Shown here piece after piece: positions 41,601-55,852 of a stretch of 64,000 bases of DNA. The DNA is taken from contig OZ286474.1 in assembly GCA_965644265.1 (NCBI GenBank), positions 5,580,001-5,644,000 of the forward strand, read 5' to 3'. Source of the stretch: Glycera tridactyla (Eukaryota). The position numbers and the translations under genes were made by a program. Within the stretch, counting starts at the first letter, position 1. The number at the start of each line of letters is the position of its first letter. The notes beneath the pieces were generated by a model. It was given only the letters and a program-made list of their open reading frames with translations, ran no database searches and was not told the DNA's origin.

Positions 41601-44600
41601 GAAGAAAATAAGTTGGACATGAGAACATAAGCTGATGAAGTTAGACTGATCTTGAGTGTGTATCAGAGTGAAAGGTACCACCTGGTGGTGCATAGTGTAA
41701 CTAACAGAACAATCAACACACCACCAGATGGCTCTAGTCCACTCTTGACATGTTGCCATGGTTGCAATCAACAAGGAATGCTCCGGAACCGCCAGAAATG
41801 GTGAGATATTGGCAGAATGGAGGATAGTCCCTGCCACATCCTCACAGTACATCTGATGAAGATAATATTGGCATGATAATGACCCACACTTGTAGTAGTT
41901 TGCATGAAACCACAGACCCAGTAAACACTTGATATCAGGAATCAACTGTTCACCGGCAGCTGAAGCTCCTACAAGTACGACACGTGAAATGGCTACCATT
42001 GTGGTTCAACTATGATAAATCATTAAAAAAAAATAATAACATTGTGTTGTGTTTCCATTGCAATTAAGATGGTAAGATAGGTGTTAGCAATATTAGGCAG
42101 AAGGAGAAGAGATGAGAAAGTGGAGGTGTTTAGAGGGGTGGCTAGCAGGAAGGGAGGGGAGGCGGGGACGCCAAGTTAAGACTCTCACCCCTGCCAAACT
42201 AAAACAAATCTATAATTACTTGGTAGGCATCCTCTTCGTATTTGCGCATATACAGTCCATAGTTCTCGAGCTATGGAAACAAAACGGGAAATGAATTTAT
42301 ATAGAAGACAACAAAATGAAGCAAGGTGGAAGCTTGCGGCTCTGAGCTATTTTCAAAAATTTTCATTTCAATAATTTTTTCTTTGTGATTTTTGTTACTA
42401 CAAAGGTGGGAGAAGTGGCAACTACATAAAAGAGGCCCAAGAAGATGATGTCAAGAGTCTGCATGAGAACTGTTGTTGACTTGAGGCCGCTGATGTGACC
42501 CATACAAGTCCCGCTTCATGCCACACATTGGCCACACATCGTCCTGCCCACCTCAAGCTCCACCAACAAACTGAATTTCATAAAGTTTCACCTTCTGCTG
42601 GGGACCCGGAAGAAAAATCTTGAATGATCCCACCCATGATCACTGCATGGGTTTCACAATATAGCACAAATTGAGCTGATGCCAGGAAAGCAACCCACCA
42701 GGGCCTCCAAAACTCGACCACACCAGAAATGAATCATCCCGTAATTCTCTCCGTGCTGAATAAGCCAATGTGAATCTGTAAAATGCCTACCACTAGAAAG
42801 AAAAAACACTGACGTCACTAGAGAAACCAAGGTCAACACACGTCATGGAGGAACAAATCCAAGGTCAACACGTCATGGAGGAACAGATCCAAGGTCAACA
42901 CACGTCATGGAGGAACAGATCCAAGGGCATTCCAAGGTTGAAAGGGCAAATATCCCACACACAAAGAAGCCACTTTTCAAAGTAACTTTGTACGATTGCT
43001 TCATCCTCTAAAACACCAGGTAGTTCTGTACCAGAAAGGAGTGTGTAGGAACTTTTAATGAGACTGTTATCAAGGGGATCATAGAATATTTACAAACAAT
43101 TCACACTTATCCATAGATAAAGACTTGCAACATTGATTTGCAGAAATTAATCAGTTTCTCAACTGATGGCCAACATGAAATGAAACGTTACGGCTATGTG
43201 ATATCCCCTTCACTCATCTGCAATGAAGCATGGGAACATTCTTGAGGAAATCTCAACAACAAAACCATAAAAGATTATTGCCACAGATGTAGATTATCGC
43301 TAAAACCAAGGATGCTTGGGGTAGGAGAGCGAGAACCAAACAGCGGTGAATGGGATATCGACCAAGATAAAGTTCTCTCATTCCCCACTGTGCTACCACA
43401 CCAATCAGATAGGAAGTAAAAATAATTCATCATCTCAAATTGGCATGAGCACTTTCAGTAAGGATAAATTCCATTTGAAAAGCGCTCATGTGCCATGAAG
43501 AATACATAATTACTATGAAGCACATTCAAGGAGAGCCGTTGAGAGATTGCTCGAAGTTCGATCTCACGAGATTCAGTTGTGAGATGAAATTGATCGTACC
43601 TGGCGAGATCAGGATGAAGTCGGCCATCAAGAAACTTTCCGAGAGGATATTGCCATGAAATCATTCTCATGCGGGACACACGCGTCATCAGAACAATCAA
43701 GATAGAATTACAAACAATTCGCCACAAATCAGGCCTACCGTATATGTTTTAGGGGAGGAATGCAACACGGACAGGAACAAATACTTCTACTGTACAAGTA
43801 CTAGTTTTATAATGAAAGAAAACTAATGACACACATTACATGCAAAACTGCAGTCTGAAAATGCAAGAGCCACGCAAAAGTGGTTTTCATTCCAAGGGGA
43901 TGACAGAAGCATTAGTGGAGTCCCCATCCTGAATAAGAACTCACTACCCTCGTCACTATCCTGGATCTGACTTGAATGAAAGTGTGTGTGTGTGTGTGTG
44001 TGTGCGTGTGTGCATGTGTGTGTGTGTATATATATGTGTGGGTGTGTGTGTATGTGTACAGGCCATGTGTGGAGAGTGTGAGTGTATACACGCATGTGTT
44101 CGAGTGCATGGGGGTGCATTTTCAGGCCCGTCAGAATTTTTTTTTCAAGATTTTGACGAGGAATTAAACTGCTCATGAACAGACTTTAGTCCTCGGATGA
44201 GAGTCCTCCCTGAAGGTCATTACAGTCACCAAGTGTTAGTTTGTACTGGGGCCACTGATAAGACTTATAGTCTTTCAGTGGTCCATGCAGAAAGTATCAC
44301 GTCACTATCACATGTTAGACCCTGACTCACGTTTTCACCGGACTTATCAAGGCGAAATAAACATTTTTCAATTGAACTGAACTGAAAGAAACAATAAGTA
44401 GATTGAGCTTAGAGCTAAGTGCACGGTGAGGTGGTGTTGTTTTTGAACTTCAATGAATGTCAAGGATAAAGTTTTTGTGATTTGTTGTTGTCGAGATATT
44501 GCCGATGATATGGCATTCCATACATTTGTATGCCCGGGCATGAAAAAGTACAAGTTGACTTGTACACTAGAATAATTCACAAATTCCTTGGATGCCACAT

Positions 44601-47600
44601 TTGGGTGAGTTGAAGAGTGAGTGTTGCAATTGTAATTCCGAGAGAACTCAATCTCACAGCAATAGTTCACCTCACATGTGGATTTAGAATTAAATGTCCA
44701 TCCAAAGTTCAAACGGTGAACCCAGACCATACTGAAAGCCAAAAAAAGTTTTAGAATCTATATTTAAAAGTTGCTTGATTTTTTATACTAAAATGTGTTT
44801 TGTATAGTAGGCAAGGAAATATTGAGTGAGGACAGACAATTTTCTGGTGGTGATGATGTTCAAATCAACTTATCATTATTGTCATATAAGTAATCATGCA
44901 ACTGAAGAAGACTGAGCGAAATGTAGCCTGACAAAATGTTATAGGCAGAATGGACGCTCCAGAACTTTCAAACATTGGGGCGTGTGTGCAGAGGAGGCTA
45001 TTGATATCTGACAACTTTTTTATATGTTTTTGCTGAGTTTCTTTATGCGGTACTTCTTCTGACCGACTGATATATGGTGGCATATCTAATGTAAACAGTT
45101 TGTGCAGCGGGAAGTATTTGGTTTTCCCAACTAGCCGGGGATGTTTATACTCACTTGTGTACCTCATTAAAATGTGTCAACATTTAGAACCTGCGTGTCC
45201 GCTCATTATTGAAGCAACCTACTAATAGCACGGACGACGCAGCAAGGCCAGATTTACATCGAGCAACCACAAACTTCCTTATTCAGCTGACCTTATCATC
45301 ATACCATGGGTTGCCATAGAAACACATTTCAATGTGGCCACCAAATCAAATGCCACCCTTTTGCATTTTTCAGATACTTCATAGCTCATTCAAGTTTTGA
45401 TCATGTTGCTGTAGAACTTCACCTATCTTGAGTGAGTTGAAATGGTAGAAATTCAGCAGCACTAGTTGATTACAACGCACATACAATCTCTGAACCTGAG
45501 CTTGACACTTTCCAAAGCAAGCCCCAACCACGGATTTCTGGCGAGTGAAATTTACACTATCAAGCAGATGAGTTTATCCATGATAAAATTCAAAGAGGAT
45601 CGCATACTGAATCAGCAACCTGGACTTTCAGTGGCAGCCCAAAACCAATCCATATCAGGTTTTTCAAAGTGGTTTTTCTACCTCCTATGTGATATTTGCT
45701 ATCTTTGCCAATTAAAATAAAGTTTGTGTCATTCTTTGATATTTCTTATGTGCTCACCGTAGCGCAATCAGAATATAGTTTATTTTGGCTTTGAGGCCTG
45801 GTGTGAGGGAAGGTGCTGGCAAGAGTGACAGCAAGATATGATAGGGGTAAACAGGAAGCCAAATGTGTGGGTGTGGGCATGTGAGTGTGTGTGTGTGTGT
45901 GTGTGTATCTGCACATGCATGCACACACATTTGCAGAGGTGCCACTATATTCAAATTTGTGTATCTCTCTAGATATTCAGGTAGAGTATTACTTGATCTG
46001 AGAATTAGAGCAATGGCTGGGCAGCAACCTTGGCATCACTTCGCATCGATAAATGTGCGGCCCTATTGACAACTTCTATCATAGGAGAAGAGGAGAGCAA
46101 AAATGCTTTCTCTGACCAAGCTATTTTCTTTCCAAATTTCCAAAGGAAACATTTGCCATGATACAGGCATCCTACATAGTGGTCTCATGGCCTTTCAGTT
46201 TGTGTCTTGACTGACCAGCAAAAAACAAGAACGGATTACTGAGGAAACGATGGAAAACGAGAGAAATAAAAGAGATAAAACCCCATTGGATGAGCAATAT
46301 CGGGTCAAAGACACAAGAGTCAACTAGCGAGATGAAGTCCGGCCAGAACAAGTGACACAAAGCAGTTGTCATGCCCCTGGTGGACTTGGCTCCCTGTGCT
46401 CCTTGTTAGATGTATAAATACAGATACATGGCAGGATATATATGTGCTGATAAATACATATACAGAGCACAATTCCATGGCAAAGGACAAGATAGTGACG
46501 GCGCTTACCTGTGTGACCGGCTGCTGCACGATGTACTGCGGTAACCACGCCCCGGCTGACTGCAGGTGGTAGTTGCTGACCGGCGTTGGCGCCATCGAGT
46601 AGCGCGGGAGAACTCCTGGTGGTGTCATCACGGTGGGAGCCACGCTGAAAGGAGACACCATACTGTGGGGAGATTAGACAGCCAAAAACATCAGCAAATA
46701 CATTCAGCAGTCTTCACAAATAAACCTTTTCAGCTACACTCCCATTCTCCCAAAAATGAGTCAAATTTCCCCAATAAGTTCAAAAAAGGAAACAAACTGA
46801 AAGTAGGTTTTTTGAGGGGAAGATATTTGTGTGAATAATCACCTAATCAACATGTAAACTTCAAGTTTTCTGTCATGAGTGGCCAAGCAACTGCTACTGA
46901 CCCATGTTCTGCTGCGTTTTGTTCTCCACAATCATACATGCGCCGGTACATACAAAGCCAGCTTGTGGGGAATGGGTTTTTCTTGTTGGTGGAGTCAAAA
47001 TTGTGCTCTTTTCTCTTCACACTGAATCATCAAGTGAAAATTTTACAACCTCCCATTGGCAGAGTGAGTATGTGTTCCCTTCTATCACCAGAGGTCCCTA
47101 CTATGTAATGTCCGCAGCAGACACCAGAGGTCCCTACTATGAAATGTCTGCAGACACAAGAGATACAAACAATAACGGTGTGTGCATCATTATATACATC
47201 AGGAGGTAGACGTTAGATTCAGCACTGGCTGGAAACTGATGCGCAACAAGTATGACTGCAGTTGCCAGCAACATGTATGACTGCAGTTGCCGGCAACAAG
47301 TATGACTGCAGTTGCCAGCAACAAGTATGACTGCAGTTGGCAGCAACAAGTATGACTGCAGTTGGCAGCAACAAGTATGACTGCAGTTGGCAGCAACAAG
47401 TATGACTGCAGTTACCAGCAACAAGTATGACTGCAGTTGCCAGCAACAAGTATGACTGCAGTTGCCAGCAACAAGTATGACTGCAGTTGCCAGCAACAAG
47501 TATGACTGCAGTTGCCAGCAACAAGTATGACTGCAGTTGCCAGCAACAAGTATGACTGCAGTTGCTATTGCACAAATTCTGCTTCGTCAGAGATAATTGA

Positions 47601-50600
47601 TAATGAAGATAATTGATAGCACAGTCCATTCATCAGATAACAAAGAAGCCTCGGTCGTATTCATCTCTTCCGTCAGATCAATATTTGTAGCAAGAATTAA
47701 ACAATTACCCGTCCCATACACCACCAACTCTACAAGTACAGTCAGGCCTGCTCAAGAGGCCACCTGTCTACAAAGACCATCCCACATTAGTATTCAGACA
47801 GTGAACAACCGATGTCTACCAATAGCAATTTTGCAAGTGACTTGTGGGTGGTCTTTGCAGACAGGTCGGACTGTATGTGCTGCCTCCTTCATTAATAAAA
47901 ATGGAAGTGAATCGAGACAATTGCTCACAGTCCGAGCGCATCATTCTTTCTTCATTGATTTATGTTTGTAAACAGTGTTTTACCACTAAATAAAGATGGT
48001 GATATTGTCAGAGTATTGTTTGCTTGCCTTACATCACCAATGGTTGCCCACAGAAAAATCAAAATTATCATAAGCACAAAGTTAGAGAAGGGAACACAAA
48101 AGAGAAATAACAGAAGGTAATAAACACAAGTGAACAGTATGTAACACGGAACACACATGGGACATCAACAGTAACAAACAAATGAATTCAACACGAACAA
48201 AAATAGCCTAAATGTGAGAGTGATTGGGGGGGGGGGGGGATCGAGAATGCCAAGAAATGTCAGGAGAGATGGAAATAACATGAATACTGATGCTGAAGAG
48301 GTTGAGTCTCCAAATAAAACCAAATGTCAAATCTGAGACTGAAACAATACAGAGTCTTGCAGCTCAATTCATCAAATCCAAGAAAATCGATGATACCAAT
48401 TAAATGACTCATTTTTCTTCAGTATAGTCAAATTTTCTAAAAATGCCCCTATACAGACCATTATGTGATTCAGTAAAGTCCCATATCCTGGAGATTTAGG
48501 GTTTTGGGTTTTCATTCTTTTCATTTACTTTTTGTGATTCTACTGCATTTCATGAATCCATAGCAAAACTTAATAATCCATTTCTTCCACAATATTATTT
48601 TGATTTGTTGAATATCAACCCCAATATCAGATAAATTTAGACATTTATTTCCATGAACCCCAGTCAAGTTGCATCAGATGCTCATCTGCCCTTTCATTCC
48701 TTTCACCAAGATGCATAGCTGCAACACAGGCGGGCAGCGGCAGATTTCACAGTTAGGAGGAGTGTGGAACAACTTTGTCATGGTTTTTCAATTTCAGAGG
48801 GATGGAAGACTTTGAATGAAAGAGATATTATTTGCAGACATTGTAATTCTCACAGATTAGGCATGAACATATCAACCTACTCTGCCATCTCTTCCTCAAG
48901 TTCCATCTCCAGAAATATTCTGAAAACCATTTGTAAACAGAGGGAAATGGAGCATAAACTGAGTCAGGTACTTCAATAAGCCACATATGTGGATAGATCA
49001 TTATATCATAAAACATGGCAAAGAGTGTGTTAACTGACTCTAATACAAACTGCCATCTTGATGAGGTGATCGGCCTGGACTATGATGTGAGCTGGTGTAG
49101 GGATATCATCCCGCCAAAGAATCTTGACATCAATCGAAGAACGTGCAATTATTCCACTAGAATTCACCAACTTTCTAGTTTTGTTCTCACACTAAGGTCA
49201 CCCTTTTTCAAAAAAGCTTNNNNNNNNNNNNNNNNNNNNNNNNNNNNNNNNNNNNNNNNNNNNNNNNNNNNNNNNNNNNNNNNNNNNNNNNNNNNNNNNN
49301 NNNNNNNNNNNNNNNNNNNNNNNNNNNNNNNNNNNNNNNNNNNNNNNNNNNNNNNNNNNNNNNNNNNNNNNNNNNNNNNNNNNNNNNNNNNNNNNNNNNN
49401 NNNNNNNNNNNNNNNNNNNNNNNNNNNNNNNNNNNNNNNNNNNNNAGATCAACAAGAGAAGTATTTAGAAATTCTGGTTGATGTTCAAAATGAATGAAAC
49501 CAGTGCACCACAGTTAACTACTACATGTTATATCTTCCAGAGTCGCATCAATCTCTCACAACTGGATATATAAATAAGTCGAAGGGAACATATCTCTTTT
49601 TTTTTCCATACACAAGAAATGTGTGGATCTCAACTCAAAATGTTTTACATGGTTTGAGAAGTGGAACTCATAGCTGTAGCACAAAATCACTATCAGCAAA
49701 ATCGCTGGTGCTGCCATAGGTTTCAGCCACGGCGTACAGCCTTGACACATGCCAGCTTGATTTTGTAGAATAGTCATGAGTTCCAACCGGAATATACCAG
49801 TGACTTTGACTGTGGAAGATCTCGACTAATCGCTCTGTTAGCTAAATACATTTATAAAAGCAAATCAGCAAATCAGCAGCATTAACAAAAATAACACCGA
49901 GAATTACGGGTTTAGCCACCCTTGTCAGGTTCACCATCTACCCATTAAAAGATGGACAGTGTTTATTCTTATCTGAGGGAGACACGGCTGCCTGGCGAAT
50001 TATTACAGGAGCAGGAGCAGGAGTTATGGGGGCATCTCCACAAGAAACTGACTTCAAACCCTCGACTCAAAGCAAAACTTAAAACAAGATGCGTTATCCA
50101 AATAAAGGAGACGTGGCCTTATGGTTGCGCTGAATGAAAACAAAAGTGGAGAAGCAACTGGGAGGATGGAGAGCGGTTTCTGTATGATTGACTTCCTCGC
50201 CACGTCCAGCTTAGAGATTAGGCCTTACTAACAAGCATGAGTATATTCCTCGAATGTAAATCAAGGACAGAATCACGCCAAGACTCGATGAGGAACTTCC
50301 CATTCACTCTCAGCTGATTCCATTGGGAGAGGGTTGGTGGATCACGGTTCGGGCGTTTGGTAGCGATCAAGGTTGAATCAAGGTACCAAACCATAAAAGG
50401 TGGCACAAAATAGTGATAATGTGAGAAAAATGTAGCAAATTAAAAATGCGAGACACACACAGTTTTAACAATGAAAATGATGCCAGCTCCCGCTACTTGA
50501 ATGTAAGCAATCAAACAAAACCATCCCAGATTCCAACTTGGCCAAACAATTTCAAACTCAAACCAGTGCACATAGATGAAGCTATCTCCTATCGACATTT

Positions 50601-53600
50601 AATAACAAGATCTTGATGGAAGGATGAGGATTTCGCCCAGATACCAACCTCCGATTAAGGGTGGGAAGATTCACCGAAATTTCGATAATATCGATTATTT
50701 GCAAAAGAAACAATCGTTTCAAAACTAGGAGGAGTGTTTCGGAGTGTTTCGAAATACAAAGAAACATGGCTGATGAGTACTTACAAATGCCAATAAATAC
50801 AGAAAATGCAGCTTGTTTTAAAGAACCCATTGCAGATGGCCCGAATGATGGAGATTCGGCGAACTTTTTTACCAGAAATGTTTTTATAAACGATAGTAAT
50901 TGGCAATATTTCAAGGCCACCAAAATATGGGTGGCTTGCTCATGTCACTCCCATCCAGGAGGACCATGCCAGACTCCTGAAGGAGGGTTGCATGGCATTT
51001 CCTTTCGTCATTCATTTCGTGAGGTGTGTTTCTAGAAATGTTTCGTATCGTGACCAAAGTGTTTCGTCCCAGCCCTACCTCTGATGGCACCAAGTTGTGA
51101 CAAATCGGTGTGCCATTCCAGGGTTCCCTCTATAGATTAGCGCTTTAGCTATAGCTAATCCGTTAGTTCAAATGCTAAAGAAAAATTCAATTTGCTAAAA
51201 TAATTTGCTAAAATAATTTTCTATCCAGATGAAAGAAAGGTGATGTTGGGTTTTTTTTGTGAAAGAATTTTCATCAATTTCATTTTTTTTTTCATGAGAG
51301 AAATGCAATTGAAACTAATTTTGGAATAAGAATGCCAATAATTTTCCATCTTGGTGAGTCGATTCAATGAAATGATTTTGGATTCCAATATGGTGCTTTC
51401 TGAATTGCTAAAATAATTTCCATTTTGCTAAAATAATTCGCTAAAGGGTTTTTCTTGCTGGAGGGAACCCAGCATTCTACCACTTTGTTTACACACACAT
51501 ATGAAACTGCACTGAAATCATCTGGGCGTCATTTCATCAGCCCTTCTCAGATCCCATGTGCTTCTTAGTCCATAGGCACACAATTTCTGCAATCTTCACA
51601 GAAACGATGGAAGAAATAATGGCTTCCTCCCGGCCGTGACAGATGTACAGCAACTTCACATTGTCCAACGAACAGGACACCACTTCTGACTGTTCAATTG
51701 AATGAATAGCTGAAGAAACTCAGCATAATTTTATTTCCATAGTATGATCTCGGGAAATCTTGAAACTTTCCTCAAAGCGATGTACCTGTGTCTGCCACAA
51801 CTTCATTGTTTCTTCAGGTTTTTTGTCGCAAGTTCAGTGCTCAACAGGCCACACCCATCAGACAAATTTGAGCAGGTTTCACTGCAGCTTCCACTCTATA
51901 AACGGTGTAAAAACCTTGTGATATGAGCACCATGGCCAGTGCTGCTGAGCAGCCTCCACCTACAAGTGTAAGACCTTTCTCAGCCCAGAAAATTTCAGAG
52001 CTTCAGATTTTCTGACAGGTTGTTGGACCCTTGTGGCCCATGAATCAGGATGATCATGGGTAATCCCATAAAATGATGGGTCATCCATCTACTGATCACA
52101 AATATGCTGAAAATAGCTGGGCCAATTGACCCACTTTAGCAGATATTGATGGGCCAGAAAGGTAAAAAAAAAAAGAGGGCTGAGAACCCAGGCCTTCCAA
52201 CAATCTAAGGCTCTGCAAATTCAATTATTCTCTAAAAATACTCAGACACCATCAAAACTGAGTATCAAATACAGAATAGAAGTACTTTTTGTATAGTTGC
52301 AAATATGTGGTTTCTGGCTCCAGGAAGTAAAGCCATTAATCCATCAGTTGATCAAGACTGATACAAGAGTGCTTGAAACATTGTATAATGTCTCCATAAA
52401 TCATCACAAAGTAGGTGAACATACAGGTCTCATACTTAGTATGTTAAGCATCATGATAAGTAATCTGTCTTAGGCTACAGCTGGTGGTGGCACTTGACGT
52501 AGAGATATGACGCCGGGCACTGGAGGGAGAAGCTGGGCTGCTGACGGCGTCATTATTGAGTTTACCGACTGCAACTAGTTACGCCAGCAACCAGCCATGT
52601 GCACAAGACAATGGGCTGTAGAGAGTGTTTTAAAGCAATCACTTGACAAGCTGGATCGGGTTTCAAGCAGCGGGAGCTGTCTGATGGTAGGAAAATAGAT
52701 GACAACAGAGAGAAATGAACAACACCTGGTAACCCTAGTTACACACCTGTCTGACCTTGTGACCCTGAAGGAGAGCAGAGTAGATGTGCAAGGTCAATGA
52801 TTGCTGGCAAATAATGATGAATGAGACAATGATTGAAAGAGTGAAATGTGAGTACGGAAAACAAAGGCAAAAATCAATGTCTGGGTGAGAAACAGATAAG
52901 AGTAAGGGTGAGTGGACAACTGAAAGTGTCATGGATTGACATAATGAGGCCGAGTGATTGGTGGACTGGACCGCACTCAATGATTGGCTAAATGAAGAAT
53001 GCTGTAAGATAGCTGCTCACTGATTGGTCAATGAACAACAAGGCATATCTGTATTCAAAATTTGTTTTTTTTTCGGTGAGACACGTCGGTGAACGGCAAG
53101 CATGAAGTGTGCATCGTGAGAACCCCGACTTTATGTGTACAAAGAGGCAATGAATGGTATTACATGTCATGTGGTTTGATAAGATGCTATCAAGAATTGG
53201 CCAGGATTACAATATAGGTGCTGGACAGCTGATGAAGGCGTTATAACATCACAATCTACGCCATTATACAAAACATTTGCTTGTTCTGTGACAAAAAAAC
53301 TCCAGATTTGAAACAGTATATGGAAGTGGGGAATAAAGCAATGTTTGATTGAAGTGAAACACGAAGTGCTTGGAAAAGTCCATGTTGCGGGAAAATAGTG
53401 CAGAACAGGAGAATTTGCTGTTTTTGTTTCAAGATGGAATACGTGAGACTTCACATCATTTAGAGAGCAGGGGATAGGTTTCATACCAGTAATGTCAATA
53501 TCCATATTCATTTTACATAGAAGATGACATGGTGGTGCAGATTTCTGCATTATATAAAACCATGATAAATTCCACCAGAATCTGCGAATCACAACCTCAA

Positions 53601-55805
53601 TCTATTACACAAGTTGTGGAATGTTCCATTTGTTCTTCAATATACTGCCATCCACACGGATGTTGCAGACCTGTATTAAATTCCTCAATGAATCGAGATT
53701 ATTTGCAAAGAGAACAGTCTTTCAATCATTGTGAACAGATACCATACGACAGGTTGTTGGACCCTTGTGGCCCATGAATCAGGATCATCATGGGTCATCC
53801 CATAAAATGATGGGTCATCCCATGAAATGATGGGTCATCCCATAAAATGATGGGTCATCCCATAAAATGATGGGTCATCCCATAAAACGATGGGTCATCC
53901 CATGAAATGATGGGTCATCCCATAAAATGATGGGTCATCCCATAAAATGATGGGTCATCCCATAAAATGATGGGTCATCCCATGAAATGATGGGTCATCC
54001 CATAAAATGATGGGTCATCCCATGAAATGATGGTCATCCCATGAAATGATGGGTCATCCCATGAAATGATGGGTCATCCCATAAAATGATGGGTCATCCC
54101 ATAAAATGATGGGTCATCCAATAAAATGATGGGTCATCCCATGAAATGATGGGTCATCCCATAAAATGATGGGTCATCCAATAAAATGATGGGTCATCCC
54201 ATGAAATGATGGGTCATCCCATGAAATGATGGGTCATCTCTTATCTACTGATCACAAATATGGACAAAATAATTTGCATGAATGAATAAAGCCGAACATG
54301 GCTAATTTCACAATGGACGTTTCCAGGTCCTGCACATAAAGACATAGATCAGACAGTGAAGAAGACTGATACAGAAGATGTGGGCAAGTTATGAAGTAGA
54401 AGAGGGAGAACGGGGGTTGTGAGCACAGACTGAAAATGAACGTAATGTATCAAAATGCAAACAAAATGGTGGGCTACCCAAATGTCAGCTAGGCGTGGTG
54501 TTGGACGATGTCCATAATTTCTCTATTTATCTCGGGTACCCTTCCCCATGACAACTGCCTTGTCACCATGATATGTAGCATCAGAATCAGCAATATGTGC
54601 AGCGAGAAGGTGAGGGTTTTAGTTATTTTCATTGAGTACACTCCATGGACTTGCTCATTGTCCCAGATTATGTCCCTGATATAGGAAGCCAGGCTACTGA
54701 GGCAACTAAGGATATGATGAGAGAGAAGGAAGTACGTCCAGCTACTCCTGCACACCAATGTACCATCCCATCCGACTTTCTAAGAGCTATATCGTGACAT
54801 TTACTTGAGGAGGGGAGCCTCTAATAACATCCATGCAAATATCACCAAGCGACATATTCTTGTTTCTAGCTTCAATTTCTCCATGGAACATTCACAACAA
54901 TATCAAACAACTTGAATCTCCGTGATGGATATATTTGGAAAATAGTCAAAAAGGTTTCCTACTGAAGCCTAACATCAGAAACTCATCAAATAAAACAAAG
55001 TAGGAGCAACCTTGCTGTCCTGGAGATTAGCATGTGTTACCCCCAAGTTTGATCTGAGGCCATGATGCAGCAAACTGCTTGAGTTGTGGCAACCACTTAT
55101 ATCTGCGGCTTTCTAATGTGGCACACTGGGTTCAAAACTATCTGAAATGTGCTTTTATGCTGGCCTACCTGAGAGGAGAAACCTCCCATTGCACCGATGA
55201 TGCCATGGAACCCAACCAAGAAACAAGGAAAACAATTTCAGCCTCTAAGGGAATCCAATAACCACCAGAAAGAAAATCTGCACAAATATGTTGAAGACAT
55301 ATTTATTTTGGCCATGAGAGTGAGTTCTGATACAGGGCGAGCAGGCAGGCCTTCCTGTGATACCACGCCCCACACTGTGATACCACGCCCCTCCCTGTGA
55401 TACCCCGCCTCTCCCTGTGATACCCCGCCCCTCCCTGTGATACCCCGCCCCTCCCTGTGATACCCCGCCCCACAGTGATACCACGCCCCTCCCTGTGATA
55501 CCCCGCCTCTCCCTGTGATACCCCGCCCATTCCCTGTGATACCCCGCCCCTCCCTGTGATACCCCGCCCCACACTGTGATACCCTCCCTCTCCCTGTGAT
55601 ACCCCGCCCCTCCCTGTGATACCCCAGTGACTGATGGGTTAAATAAAATGCATTGGCCTACTTACCCATTCTGTGCTCCCGTGGGATCATATAATGTCTG
55701 AAATTATACAAGAATAATTACATTTCAATTTTAGGGTCAAATGACATCATTCTGGGGAGTGTACATGTTTGCATATGGGTGTAGTGAGGAAGCTATTATG
55801 GTGGA

Positions 55806-55852
<47 letters not shown>

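Noticed and set aside
41418-41999. 193-aa non-repetitive minus-strand ORF
   Set aside because: No recognisable domain, atypical composition, and within the range of chance ORFs in 64 kb.
49214-49450. HindIII site (aagctt) abutting the N-gap
   Set aside because: Technical or coincidental, not biological. The 160-aa ORF across the gap is an artefact.
50218-50406. Peptide [19 protein letters not shown] faintly like the C-terminus of L1/Tx1 LINE ORF2
   Set aside because: Only a few residues match by recall, and no RT or endonuclease remnants are visible nearby. A tblastx against Repbase would be needed.
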